Shown here piece by piece: positions 36,793 through 48,935 of a stretch of DNA of 64,000 nucleotides. The stretch comes from Macrostomum lignano (taxonomy: Eukaryota). The notes below the pieces were generated by a model. That model was not told the DNA's origin and did no database searches. It saw only the letters and a list, made by a program, of their open reading frames with translations. The DNA lies in the NCBI GenBank assembly GCA_002269645.1, contig NIVC01001533.1, positions 1-64,000 on the forward strand, written 5' to 3'. Every line of letters begins with the position of its first letter. The stretch's first letter is position 1. The position numbers were made by a program, and so were the translations under genes.

Positions 36793-38131
36793 TTGCCCAA
36801 CACTGTCAACTTGTCAGTTTTGATTGACCTGTTTCTTTTAGCTTTCTTGCTTAAAACATACTGTTGCATCATTTTTGCGTCACGTGTTATAACAACAATA
36901 CGGTATTTGTATTGTATCTCCTGTTCAAAACATAGAGATATTTCTTTGAATTCGACTTTATAGGAAGATAGTCCGTTCCCTCCGATCGTCAGTCTTCAAG
37001 TTTTTATATATATTTTTAAAGTAAGAACTCATATGAATATTCATCTCAGAGAAGAACCATCACATATGATGATTTCAATAATTACAATAGGTAAAAAATT
37101 ACAACAAATTTCCCGTACCATCGTGTTTAAACACAGCAAAGTTCAGTTCACGTTCCCGCCCGCCTATGTCACTACAAGGCCGCGTCACGCAGACCGCCAA
37201 CTCAAGCAAGATAATTATGTCAGGAAGGAAGACTGCGCAGGTCGCAGCCAAGCTCGCCGACTCCTTCCTTTCTCCCTCTGCTGTTGCCTTCCCAGGGTGC
37301 AAAAATGATTGGCCAAGCGACAGGAGTAAAAAGATTTTGCTGTCAGCTCTGCTGCAAGTAGAGTGATAGGGGCAGAATAACACAGTATTTAATAAACCGG
37401 TTGGTAAAAATACTTGTATATTGTGCAGCTTAATGTAGGAAGCTATCGCTCTTCAACCTCGGATTTTACAATAATTAAAACTAAGTTCTTTAGAAGCACT
37501 TTAGCTTGTCGCAAAAGTGCTTTCATATGCTGCAAAAAAGAAATGGCAACTTGCAAGCCGACAATAAAACGAAGTGAAAGTATTTAGAAAAAATAAATAA
37601 AATCATAATACACATGCCTCGGATAAAGTATTACATTACTAAAAAGAAAAATTATTATAAAATCAACACAGTAGTATTTCGCAAGTTTTTACTTTTTAAA
37701 TCCATATACTAAAAATGGTTTTTCGGTAGGTATCTATGTGATCGATTTCTTACTACGCTCGTATATAGCTACATGAAATCAAATTAGCAAAGTGCATACC
37801 AAAATAAATTAAACTAAACTAATTCAAAAGATACAAACAATAAGTAGCATGCCAGCTTACTTGTACATAAACCTGTCTATTTGTCTAATATTAAATCTGC
37901 AATAATCGAAAGTAAATCTCAAACTAATTTTACTATGCTAATTATTTTTTTAAGCAGACTCTTGTTTGTACTTTGCTTAGATTATATTAGTTCTCGCTTG
38001 TTCAACTATTTTAAAATTAGCCAGTTAAAAAATCTATAAGTTAATTTAAAGCTAATGAATTATGACAGTAACTACTCGTAAATCGGTAAACTTCAAAAAC
38101 ACCACAAACACTACAAATAGTTGAGAAGTGT

Positions 38132-40900
38132 TTACTTTTCGATAAGCACTCTTTGCAGCCTCATATCCTTGCACCAGTTGTTGCACTTGTGCTTCTGAAA
38201 GTACCTCCGGATGCCGGGTTTGCCCAAGTTCCATGGCAGAAAGCGAGTGACATCCAGGCAGTGAATCTTGGCACTTTTTATCAGGGCCTCGCCTGCTTCG
38301 TCCGGCACCGACTCGGAATATATCTGCAAAAATCACGGGAGTTATAGTCTACGAATGCATCTGAGCTGAAAAAAAGGTACTTGTAATTTGAACCTAATTC
38401 TTGTCCGTTAACTAACCTCCAGGTTTTCCACCATCAGATAGCCGCCAGTGACAGAATGTGTCCAATGCGCAAAACAGTTGAGAACAGAATTGCTTGGATC
38501 CTCCAGCTTGAATCGTTTAGGTGAGGACACAGAGGACCTTTGTGATGTTTGGCGATGAACAATGTAGCCCGGGGACGCCTGCTTAGAGGACGGGTTTCCA
38601 GCAGCTGAATGTGAAAAACCAGCTGCACCTCTGCGATCGGAACTGTAGTAAGAGTCGCTACTACCTCTGTCATAGGACGGGTTTCCAGCAGCTGAATGTG
38701 CAAAACCAGCTGCACCTCTGCGATCGGAACTGTAGTAAGAGTCGCTACTACCTCTGTCATAGGACGGGTTTCCAGCAGCTGAATGTGCAAAACCAGCTGC
38801 ACCTCTGCGATCGGAACTGTAGTAAGAGTCGCTACTACCTCTGTCATAGGACGGGTTTCCAGCAGCTGAATGTGCAAAACCAGCTGCACCTCTGCGATCG
38901 GATTCGTAGTAAGAGTCGCTACTACCTCTGTCATAGGACGGGTTTCCAGCAGCTGAATGTGCAAAACCAGCTGCACCTCTGCGATCGGATTCGTAGTAAG
39001 AGTCGCTACTACCTCTGTCATAGGACGGGTTTCCAGCAGCTGAATGTGCAAAACCAGCTGCACCTCTGCGATCGGAACTGTAGTAAGAGTCGCTACTACC
39101 TCTGTCATAGGACGGGTTTCCAGCAGCTGAATGTGCAAAACCAGCTGCACCTCTGCGATCGGATTCGTAGTAAGAGTCGCTACTACCTCTGTCATAGGAC
39201 GGGTTTCCAGCAGCTGAATGTGCAAAACCAGCTGCACCTCTGCGATCGGATTCGTAGTAAGAGTCGCTACTACCTCTGTCATAGGACGGGTTTCCAGCAG
39301 CTGAATGTGCAAAACCAGCTGCACCTCTGCGATCGGATTCGTAGTAAGAGTCGCTACTACCTCTGTCATAGGACGGGTTTCCAGCAGCTGATTGTGCAAA
39401 ACCAGCTGCACCTCTGCGATCGGAACTGTAGTAAGAGTCGCTACTACCTCTGTCATAGGACGGGTTTCCAGCAGCTGATTGTGCAAAACCAGCTGCACCT
39501 CTGCGATCGGATCCGTAGTTGTAATTTTTTCTGACGGGCTCTGAATCATGAGTTAGTATTGCATCAGATTTGATGGGCTTAGCTGACGTCACTTTGCCTG
39601 GATTCCAGTCATCGTCAATTATTTCAAATTGATTGGCTCCCGCGAGCTTCTTCTCAAATCGAAATGGGCATAGCAGTGCCGGAGCGAGTCCTGCACGTCG
39701 CGTCCTTGGAATGATGACAGCAGTCGGGAAAGGCTTGACGGCTGGTACGATTTTATTCAACCTGTTGAACTCCTGAAATAAAAACGTCGCTACCTGAAGA
39801 ATCTCGCAAGCATTGAGAAGTACGAAAGGCTGCTTGAACGTATTTTTGCAGTCGCATACAAGGAACTCTCGCACAGTTGCTTTGTGCCATGGCGCTTCCC
39901 CCTCTTTGAGTAGCGCAAAGTACTCTGCAACCAGTCCTTGGAACGCGAAGGGACGGGCAGCTTTCCTCACTTGCACGCTGAAGACGGTTCGGTTGAGTTC
40001 GGAACCGTCAACGATGCTCTGTATTGAAGCTGGCACGCCAATAGCATGGTACTGAAAGTCTTCTGCAGCCGCATCCTTCCAGTCCGGAGCGCCCGAATCG
40101 GGGGTGGCAGTTGCTACGGTGAAATTTGGAATACCGCAGATGTCAACTTTGACATTGCGGAACTGCTTGTTTGCATCTTGGAGAATTTTTTTTACAAGGG
40201 CGTCACTGCTCCTCAATTCAATGGCTTCCATGCCGACGAAGTGTTTCTGGAGTACAGTTAAAACTTTTTCATCCCAACTGATAGGGACCCAGTAGTAACT
40301 CAGATTCTTCTGACGGAAGCTGTCACCCACTCTCGACGCACGGTCCTCAATTGCTTTTGATGCTGGATTAGACTTCGGTGACTTTGCTGTAAAGTGGACG
40401 ACAGCTTTGAAGCTAGAAATCGATTCGTGCAACTCTTGACAAACCCCTGCGGCAAAGTTCATCGCTTCGAGCTCGTCCAATAACGAAACTGATGAATATT
40501 CACGCATACGAGTACCTCTTGGACTGTATACTAGGTCCAGAATGCTTTGACTGTTGGATGTAAAGCGGATGACTTGATAGCCTTGTTCCTTGTAAAATAC
40601 AGCCGCAAACACGGCAATTTTTTTTCGCTCCGAGCAATTCATTTTCTGCGACAATGTGAGGATAACTCGTCGAATTGAGTCACACCTAGAATCAGTCAAA
40701 ACGTGGCAGTTAATTACGAAGCAGATGAATACTTTTGCCTCTCGCTCTCCTTCTTCTAAGACCTGCTGAACTTTCTGATTTCGCAGTTGAATTGCAATTT
40801 GGAAGCGGCGGACGAGCTCCTCCTCATTCTCCGTGGGCCTTCCGTATTCCATATCGCTCTGCTCGAAGATCCACCGAATTCGTTCGTTAATGGACAACAT
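38132..40900 (-). CDS. Degenerate-VWA + alpha-kinase-like protein, predicted pseudokinase, with internal 29-aa repeat array
   Basis: ATG 40900 (MLSINERIR). Exon 1 to 38417 (VENLE|GTTAGT), exon 2 38323-38132. Colinear with the 42270 gene: FAAVFYKE, YYW, APDW, PFAFQG, CEILQVATFLFQEFN, CFAHWT, KIHC, NLGKPGI, HKCNNWC. MIDAS DxTGS is replaced by NCHVL, DLQG by NLE-I, and TDP by KSA. Confidence 0.85.
38588..39518. repeat. 87-bp tandem repeat, about 10.7 copies, in frame (29 aa: (E/S)SDRRGAAGFAHSAAGNPSYDRGSSDSYY)
   Basis: Period 87 measured (38588 to 38675). No stop codon in the gene frame. Confidence 0.97.
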
Positions 40901-42269
40901 GCCGTAGCATACGATGCAATGAACTGCAATGAGAATGACGAGTAATGGTTGCAAATTATAATTGTCTGAGTCACCAGTGAAAAATGGATATCATCCATAA
41001 AAGCGAGAAAAGACAATTATTAGGTAGGAGGAAGTCTCATTAAATTTTTGCCATTGACGGCTCGCATTGGGCGACGCAAAGTAAAAAATTTAAGCAATTT
41101 ATTGTAAGTAAAAAAGTTAAGCAATGCAATGCACGTCGTATCTAGTTTAGTTTATGGGCGTGGAACAAAAATAATTAGAGTCAGCACGGGGGAGGTGCTA
41201 ACATAGATCTTATATTCCCTAGATAGGCCACTTTGTATGGCGGTAATAGGGAAAGTGCGACCGCTGTTTTTTGTCACTTGTGCGAAAAAGCCGACATGGG
41301 TTGCTTATAAATTTGAGTTCAGTAGCTCAGGGACAAAGACGCTATTTTTTTAGAATTTAAAAGAACTTTTCATGAATTCAATAAAAAGCTATTCAATCAA
41401 ACTAATAATGATGCATGCACTGCAGTGACTAGTGACGAAATTGAGTTCAGTAGTTGATTTTCACGCTGTCGCGAGTAGCAATTTTTTTACATTAGCTTCT
41501 ATGGCCACATAAGTGGTTAATGAGTGGCCCATCTTGTGTATATAGCTCGTATGATCTTGGGTGCTAATACATGAAGTAACCAAGGTGACGTGCTGAGTCA
41601 CTCAGCCAGATAACTTCATTTCTGGGTTGGTGCGCATTGGTCGGTTTACTGGGCAGGCCGTCATTAAATGCGTTGGATTTAAATCAAGAGAAAATTTTAA
41701 ATAGTCGAAAAAAACATTAAACCAAAAATAAGTACAAATCGCAAGGAATTAGACTAGTGATTTCTGTTTAGTGATCCCACGGCGAGGATAAAGTCGATAG
41801 ATCCACAAGATATACCACCCATAAGAGTGCTAGCGTGCGTATTGTGCGTTTTGGAAGTTTAATTTGCCAATAGTAAAATCCTACCTTGATTTTTGGTAGA
41901 GACTTGCTGGTCCGGAACGAAAGCTTAGGCCAAATACAAGTGGAGATTAACCTACAGTAGACAGGAGGTTACTATGACATGAGCAAAACAGCTATACACT
42001 CGTAGGGGTCAAAATGATTAAAAAGATTGTAATGTTCAGGACTTCCTGAAAACAAACTCGATTTGGTTTAACCCTCTACTTTGCTTCCTGAATCGTGCTT
42101 TAAATTATTTATCTTCTCCTTACGTCATTGGTCATTTTATAATGAACGAATCGTATCCTAGCGCGAACCAGACGGTGAAAACTATTTCGTAAAAATGAAA
42201 AACCCTAAATAAGTTTTAAACGCATTTAAATTTTTTTCTGTTCACAAAATATACGAGTAAAGTCTGACT
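40901..42269. promoter_or_regulatory. Probable bidirectional promoter region between the two alpha-kinase paralogues
   Basis: 1.37-kb AT-rich gap between divergent start codons. Positional inference only; no specific motif identified. Confidence 0.45.
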
Positions 42270-44026
42270 ATGGAGAAACATATGGACCTAAGTCGGCTAA
42301 ACCAGAGGCTGCGCAACATTTGCGAGAACGGAGGCGTGGAGTTTGGTCCTGACCCCACAGATGAAGAGGAGCAAGTCAGGCGCTTCCAGCTGGCGCTGGC
42401 CATCACGCAGAACAACATTAAAAAGACCATGAGCCAAATAAAGCAATCGAGGAGTGTCGACATGTGCTTTCTACTCGACGCCACTGGCAGTATGGCTGGG
42501 CACATCAGAGGAACAAAGGACAGCATAAAGAAGATATTGAACACTCTCGTTCGCAGTCAGCAAAACCAGGCGACTGTTGAGAAGATCCGGTTTGCCGTTG
42601 TAGCCTACCGCGACCTGACCGATTCTGTTCCGCTTGAAGTATCCGACTTCAGCGAAAATGCGGAACAGTGCATCGGCTTTCTGGAAAGAATTGCTGCTAC
42701 AGGCGGAGGTGACGTACCGGAAGACGTGTTCGGAGGTTTGGAAGCCACCACGAAACTCAGCTGGTCGGAAACTGCAGGCACGCGGATCATTTTTCACATC
42801 TGCGACGCTCCGTGCCACGGAAACGAGTACCACCCAAGCTACATCCCTGACAGTTACCCAAATGGGGATCCAAAGGGTCGCACGGAGCATTATCTGTTCG
42901 ATCAAATAAAAAAGCTGAAAATCGACTATTACTTTGGAGAGATCAACAAGTCAACAGCGCAAATGCTGATCAAGTTTGCCATCGCCTACGGCAGAACAAT
43001 TGAGCACTTTGAAGTGGCAGGAATTGAGCAGATAGCTGGATCGGTTATTCAATCGATCGCCACTTCAGTCGAACGAAACGTAGAAAATTCCAAGTTGGTC
43101 GCTTGCCCCAAAAATTTGCCTGAAGTTGCGTTGAACCCAGAGATTCCAGACTGGTCAAAAAGACCCGTGAATGTAGGCCAATTTTTGGAGTTTGCCGCTC
43201 CATCTTCGATTGCTTGTATCATTGACGACAAAGCTATTAAACAGGAGCACGGTAGCTCCGTAAAAGTCAGGATATCCGAAAGTCCTTTTGCCCAGGGTGC
43301 AGAAAGGCTTGCGTTTTATGCACTGCTGGCAGATTTTGGGGAGCACACTTCTGGCGACAGTCCATCTTCCGACCAGCTGATGGTACTAAAAGAGCCAAAA
43401 AGCATGAATAAGCACGATAAAATCCTGGACAGATGCAATTCGTCATGTGAGGTGCAAACAATCGCAGCCTTTCTTGCCACCGAGTTCAGTAAGTCAACGC
43501 CCAGCGGTATCGAGATCAAGTTCATCACAACAAAGACGCTTGTTCTCAGCCAACCGTCCAGCAGAACAATGACGTGCGAAGAGTTCATGGGGAAGGACGC
43601 TCTGTTTGTGAAGTTTACAAACAACCTAAACTACACTGTGGAGAGGCGCGCTGACGAGATGAAGAAGTGTGGAATTGAGCCCGAGGCATTGGATTACATC
43701 ACGGCATTCTCGCACTGGACTTGGAACGCAACTAAAGGCTTTCTGATCGTTGTGGACCTTCAGGTTGTTCGCTTTTTATACTGCTGATCTGAACATAACA
43801 CTTTTCAGCATTTTTCTGTATAGCAAAATCATCACACATCCTACTTCAGGGGTGCATCCGAAAGTCGTCGGGAAACTCGAAACCGCAGATCTGGATGACT
43901 GACCCAGCAATCCACTGCAAGGACGTAACACGGTACCACCCGACAAACCTCGGTACGGAAGGCATCGAAGAGTTCTTTAGTACGCACCAGTGCAACCGTT
44001 TTTGCAAGGATCTGATCAAGCCTTAA
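42270..44026 (+). CDS. VWA domain + alpha-kinase (eEF2K/MHCK family), VwkA-like architecture
   Basis: Exon 1 42270-43763, exon 2 43850-44026 (phase 0). MIDAS DATGS, GGGDVPED, CDAPCHG. Kinase PFAQGAER, VLKE, KFTNN, AFSHWT, VVDLQG, TDPAIH, NLGTEG, HQCNRFC. Confidence 0.93.
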
Positions 44027-47000
44027 CTGCAGACAATCACTACTTACACGAATTTTTATTTTGACATTGAAGAAAACTATATTCAGTTGTATTTATTTAT
44101 ATATATTGTAACTCCCTCAATAAATATGAGGGAAATCTCATATTTATATATGCGTATTAGTAGTTAACAATCAAAATGTGCTGCATGCAGCTTATACGAG
44201 CGTAATGTACCATGCACATGAAGTGACTCGTAAATTAGTTTGCAATTCTCTTTGGCCTAGATTTTATAGTTAGCATCATCAAAGCTTTCAAGATAAGTGA
44301 AACCAAACGCCAAAACGTGCTTGCTTTACTTAAAGATAGTTAAAAACATGCCAATACGTATAATTGTTATTCGGATTTGTATTACGTCGTAATACTCATA
44401 GCTACATACGAGTAAAAAATGCTGAATAGCTACGCGTTCCGAAAACTTTTTTTTGCTTTTGTGCTTCAAGATTAAGTGTAAATTCTGTGATTTTTATGAT
44501 CGCTCATTTATCCAGCAATACACGGAACAAAACTGTTATTCTCTCTGTTATTTCTCTACTTTAGCTTATAGCTACTTGCTAGTTGCTTTTATTTGTCCGG
44601 ATTAGCTGAGTAATTAATTTGAGTTTTTATTTAAACATAATTTTAGTTTAAATTTACTAATTTGGGTGCAAAAGAAGGCCGAAACATCGAATTAATAAAA
44701 AGGCTGGGAAAAGACAATAAGGGTAATTAATCAAAAGCGCAGCAGCTAAAAGAAGGAAGAGACTCAGTCCCATTCCAGACAATAGTGAGTCGGCGAGACG
44801 AGCGAGGTGGTTGACGGGCAAAAGCACCCAGGCGGAAAAGATTAACGAGCGCGACGCGTGCCTGGGCTGGAGAACGCCTGCGAGAGAAGCATCGGGCGCA
44901 CCTGAGTTGGGCGACCAACCCCACGGAGCGTGGCAACCGGAGGGGTGGACGTGCGGCCTGACGCAAGCAAAATATGCAGCAAAAGACTCTTAGACTAGAC
45001 CTCCCCCAAATCGCTCAAACGCAACTTAGGCAAAATAACCATGCGTAAGCAAACTAACCTCGCCCACGTAGCAACTTGCTTGTCTAGCGCTGACAGCCGG
45101 AAAAACGTGCCGATGTAAATCGCTGCCGTTGCTAACCACGCGTAACCCAACCCCCCCGCCACAACGGCAGGGCGGAAAACAGTTTCAATACTAAAAAAGT
45201 GCGCCTCGGCTCGAGCGGGGATTACTCGGAGTTGGAGTAGAATACTTGTGATTCGTTATGCACAGTTGTTATTCCTCCATTTGAGCATAGCCAACGAGCA
45301 ATCTCAAGTGTAAGTTCACTAAGACAAAGGCGTATCAAGATACCAGACGAAAGAACCAAAAGAAAAAGAAAAGCTTACACCTATACCGAATATGTTATGC
45401 AAGCGTAAACGGCAGAAAAAAAAGCATTACACGCTTGTCCCAATAAACATTACAAGCCATAATTGACTTTACAATCAGCGACGTATACTATGCAGTAAAT
45501 TTGCAAAAACCTAAGAGTACTCTTTGGCGAAAACATACGAGTATTCTAAATTTGGTATACACGAGTATTTGTGACAAAAAACTGAGCAGACCAGAGGCTC
45601 GACTTATTATTCTAGTAGAGCAGACTAGTAGGGCAGACAGTTAAAACCAGTTTAGCGGTGCAGTCTGAGCTGATGACGTGATGTTTATCAAAGTAAGCGA
45701 TTGTGCTCCGCATTTCCTGCACCCAGTCACCCTACTCGTACGAAGAAAGGAAAGAAAAAATGAAGTTCGAAATCGCCCCATACTAAAATTTAAACAACCC
45801 ACCCTCTGAGTAGACTCCGTGCGCACTTGACAGTTCTAGCTATTTTGTAATCCAGTTTAAACCAGTTTGAAAAAAGGTAAGTAAATCATCGCAGATAAGC
45901 AGCCTTTCGTCTGGGTTCTATGCATTGCTACTTTTTAATTTCATACCCACTGTTTGAATGAACAGCCCGCCTATTTTCCAAAAGTACCAGCTCATAGAAA
46001 ACTTTAAATGCATTTGCGTCATAGACTTCTCACAAGGCAATTAGGGTTTGGCGATGTGACGAAGACAGAAGCATAATGCGGAGAACAGCGAGCGCTCAAA
46101 GATGCAGGTGAGCAAAAACACATAAAGTGCACAGGTTGGCGCCACTAACAACCCACCCCAGCCTCCCAGCGCAGACGTCATCCTCGCCATTTCTAACGTA
46201 TGCTGGCACTTTACCCGGGGTCTAAAAACTCCTAATAAAAAGTACACAAACACTTGATTTTTATTAAATCCTGAACGATTAAGCCAACAGACCGTTTTTA
46301 AAACTATACTCCAAAATGCTACGAGCGTATTCACATACGGGTTTATATAAAACAGAAAGTAAAACGATCAAATACGGTATTTCATTCGTAACTGAACCAG
46401 GAGCATACGATAAGATAAGATCTCGGATAAATACATGTAAGAGTACTTTATAAGAAACTGTGTATTTCATCTGCACTTTCCGAAAGTCAAGAACAACTGA
46501 ACGGTGAAGTTTGAAAGCATTTCTCAAATGAGTAAAGTTGAGCAAACTAAAATCAATATTTGCATAGCTACGCGAGATTAAGAAGCAGTTCTTTCAAGAG
46601 CGCAACATACAATTAACAGTTATGACCTATCGAACAAACGATACCTACTATTAGTAGTCAAAATAAAGAGTATTGGTTCGAGACAGGAACGAGTTTAGAG
46701 CAGGGTTTTTTAGCGTCAGAATTGCATGCCATTTAGCATGCGGGGTCCAAGGATGCCAGCTGGAAACAAATAAAATAAAATACTTGCATCACTACCCTAT
46801 CCTCCACACTGCTAAGCCTCTCTGACCTGCAAGCAGAAGTCTGCAGACTCCATGTTTACAGATTACTCAAATTTGATAATTGAAAGAAGTCTTGAAATCC
46901 CAAGAATACCAATATATTATAAAATAATTGATACTTGAATTGAATGGAATTCAGATTAGAAAAATACAGAGTGACACTTTGGGGTCCAAATGACACGCTG

Positions 47001-47509
47001 TGACACAAAATCCCAGTGTTCAGAGCATAGCAACACACTGCATTCTAGGTATTAGTATATTAAGCAACGAAAAATGATCTGCCAACCAGGTTCACAAGCT
47101 TAATGAGCTATTTACATAAGTACAAATTGACTCGCAGTAAAATCTAAAAAATCTGTAGCTTTTTTCCAGTCATGGAACACATGATATGAAAGAAAAGATA
47201 TGCTCTCTAAAATAAGAGTGATGCGGGAGCTTTCAACAATATAATGATCTCTCTATGAAACACAATGCGTTAGTGTAATCGCATAAGATATTATTAATAA
47301 GAAAATTTTACAAATTAGCATAAAATATATAACAAATGGGACGCCAACAAAAGCGCTACAATGGAGTCCGAAGTGACGCTCTGAACCGAACAGACTGCAA
47401 TTAATTAGTAGCGTACAGCGAAGATTTTTATCTGGGGCGACGGGTCACGAGCCAGAGCCACAGTACCCAAAGCTAATGTCATTGTAACAGAGTCATTCGC
47501 CGCGGAAGA

Positions 47510-47960
47510 GCGCCAGTTTAGCGCTGCAGAATAGATTTTAGCGCCAATTTAGCGCTGCAGAATAGATTTTAGCGCCAATTTAGCGCTGCAGAATAGATTT
47601 TAGCGCCAATTTAGCGCTGCAGAATCGATTTTAGCGCCAATTTAGCGCTGCAGAATCGATTTTAGCGCCAATTTAGCGCTGCAGAATCGATTTTAGCGCC
47701 AATTTAGCGCTGCAGAATAGATTTTAGCGCCAATTTAGCGCTGCAGAATCGATTTTAGCGCCAATTTAGCGCTGCAGAATCGATTTTAGCGCCAATTTAG
47801 CGCTGCAGAATCGATTTTAGCGCCAATTTAGCGCTGCAGAATAGATTTTAGCGCCAATTTAGCGCTGCAGAATCGATTTTAGCGCCAATTTAGCGCTGCA
47901 GAATCGATTTTAGCGCCAATTTAGCGCTAGATAATAGATTTTAGCGCCAGTTTAGCACTG
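47510..47960. repeat. 31-bp minisatellite AGCGCCAATTTAGCGCTGCAGAAT(A/C)GATTTT, about 14 copies
   Basis: Period 31 directly visible. Confidence 0.95.
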
Positions 47961-48086
47961 CAGGCTAGATGGAGCTTTACTTCGGATTCACTTCTAGAGA
48001 CTTGAGTTGACGAGAATCCCAGACTTGGGCTCAAATCCCCTTTAAAGCATCACAGCAGCATTTAGCAATTGCAAGGTCAGCCCAGG

Positions 48087-48434
48087 TCACCGTTGCTGAA
48101 CAGCGGACACGTCAGCTTCGACCAACCCCGCCGGCCAGTTCTCCAGCAGAGCCAGCCAGGCCTCCCGTTCGGCCAGCGCGTCGCCTTGCCGTCGATCCAG
48201 CTGACGCAGCACGTCGGAGCATTTAGTCAAGTTGCCAGACGGGTGCTCCTGCCGGCAGCGGGTGGCGGCCGCGTACCAGCTGGCGAAATAGTCGCTGCCA
48301 GGCTGCAGCGCGGTGGAGTAGCAGCGCAGACCGCCGCCCATCGGGTCCGACTGCTCATTGTCCGAGTTGTCCGCGGCCGAGCGAATTGTCTCTACGGAGT
48401 GACGCAACCGCTCCGAGATCAGCGTCTGGCCCAT
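48087..48434 (-). CDS. Probable coding exon of a helical protein, weakly dysbindin-like
   Basis: GC-rich ORF with exon-like codon style in AT-rich surroundings. MGQTLISERLRHSVE loosely recalls the dysbindin N-terminus from memory. Possible donor CG|GTGACC at its end; downstream exons not found. Confidence 0.45.
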   Translation of the reverse strand: MGQTLISERLRHSVETIRSAADNSDNEQSDPMGGGLRCYSTALQPGSDYFASWYAAATRCRQEHPSGNLTKCSDVLRQLDRRQGDALAEREAWLALLENWPAGLVEADVSAVQQR

Positions 48435-48635
48435 GCTGACTGCCTAGCGCTTATTTTATTAGGTATTTGTGCGCCACTGCTTCAAAACTGCATCAATTTC
48501 GGAAACCAATGCAAACAGGCTAATGCTTAAACATTGCACCTTTTTTCTTGTATGCGTTAACGATTTCATGATAATTGAAAGCGCTAATGCATTCCATTCG
48601 ATACCATGTAAATGTATGCCTTAGGGCCTAGGCTT

Positions 48636-48636
48636 A

Positions 48637-48710
<74 letters not shown>

Positions 48711-48717
48711 ATAGTAA

Positions 48718-48749
<32 letters not shown>

Positions 48750-48777
48750 ATAGTAGTAGTAGTAGTAGTAGTAGTAA

Positions 48778-48824
<47 letters not shown>

Positions 48825-48834
48825 ATAATAGTAA

Positions 48835-48866
<32 letters not shown>

Positions 48867-48935
48867 ATAGTAGTAGTAGTAGTAGTAGTAGTAGCTGTAG
48901 TAGTAGTAGTCGTAGTAGTAACAGCAGCAGTAGTA
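48636..48935. repeat. (TAG)n microsatellite, about 100 units with TAA interruptions
   Basis: Directly visible. Confidence 0.98.

Noticed and set aside
38434-39549. Alternative-frame ORFs (371 aa minus, 307 aa plus) across the 87-bp repeat
   Set aside because: They are by-products of a stop-poor unit; only the 848-aa frame connects to alpha-kinase motifs on both sides.
40901-40954. Upstream extension MQPLLVILIAVHCIVCYG as a signal peptide of the pseudokinase
   Set aside because: It starts at a non-ATG codon in the ORF track, and homology with the paralogue begins at the ATG at 40900.
46135-46200. VGATNNP peptide suggesting an AAA ATPase exon
   Set aside because: Isolated short match with no Walker motifs nearby, and the implied upstream intron would be only 27 nt.
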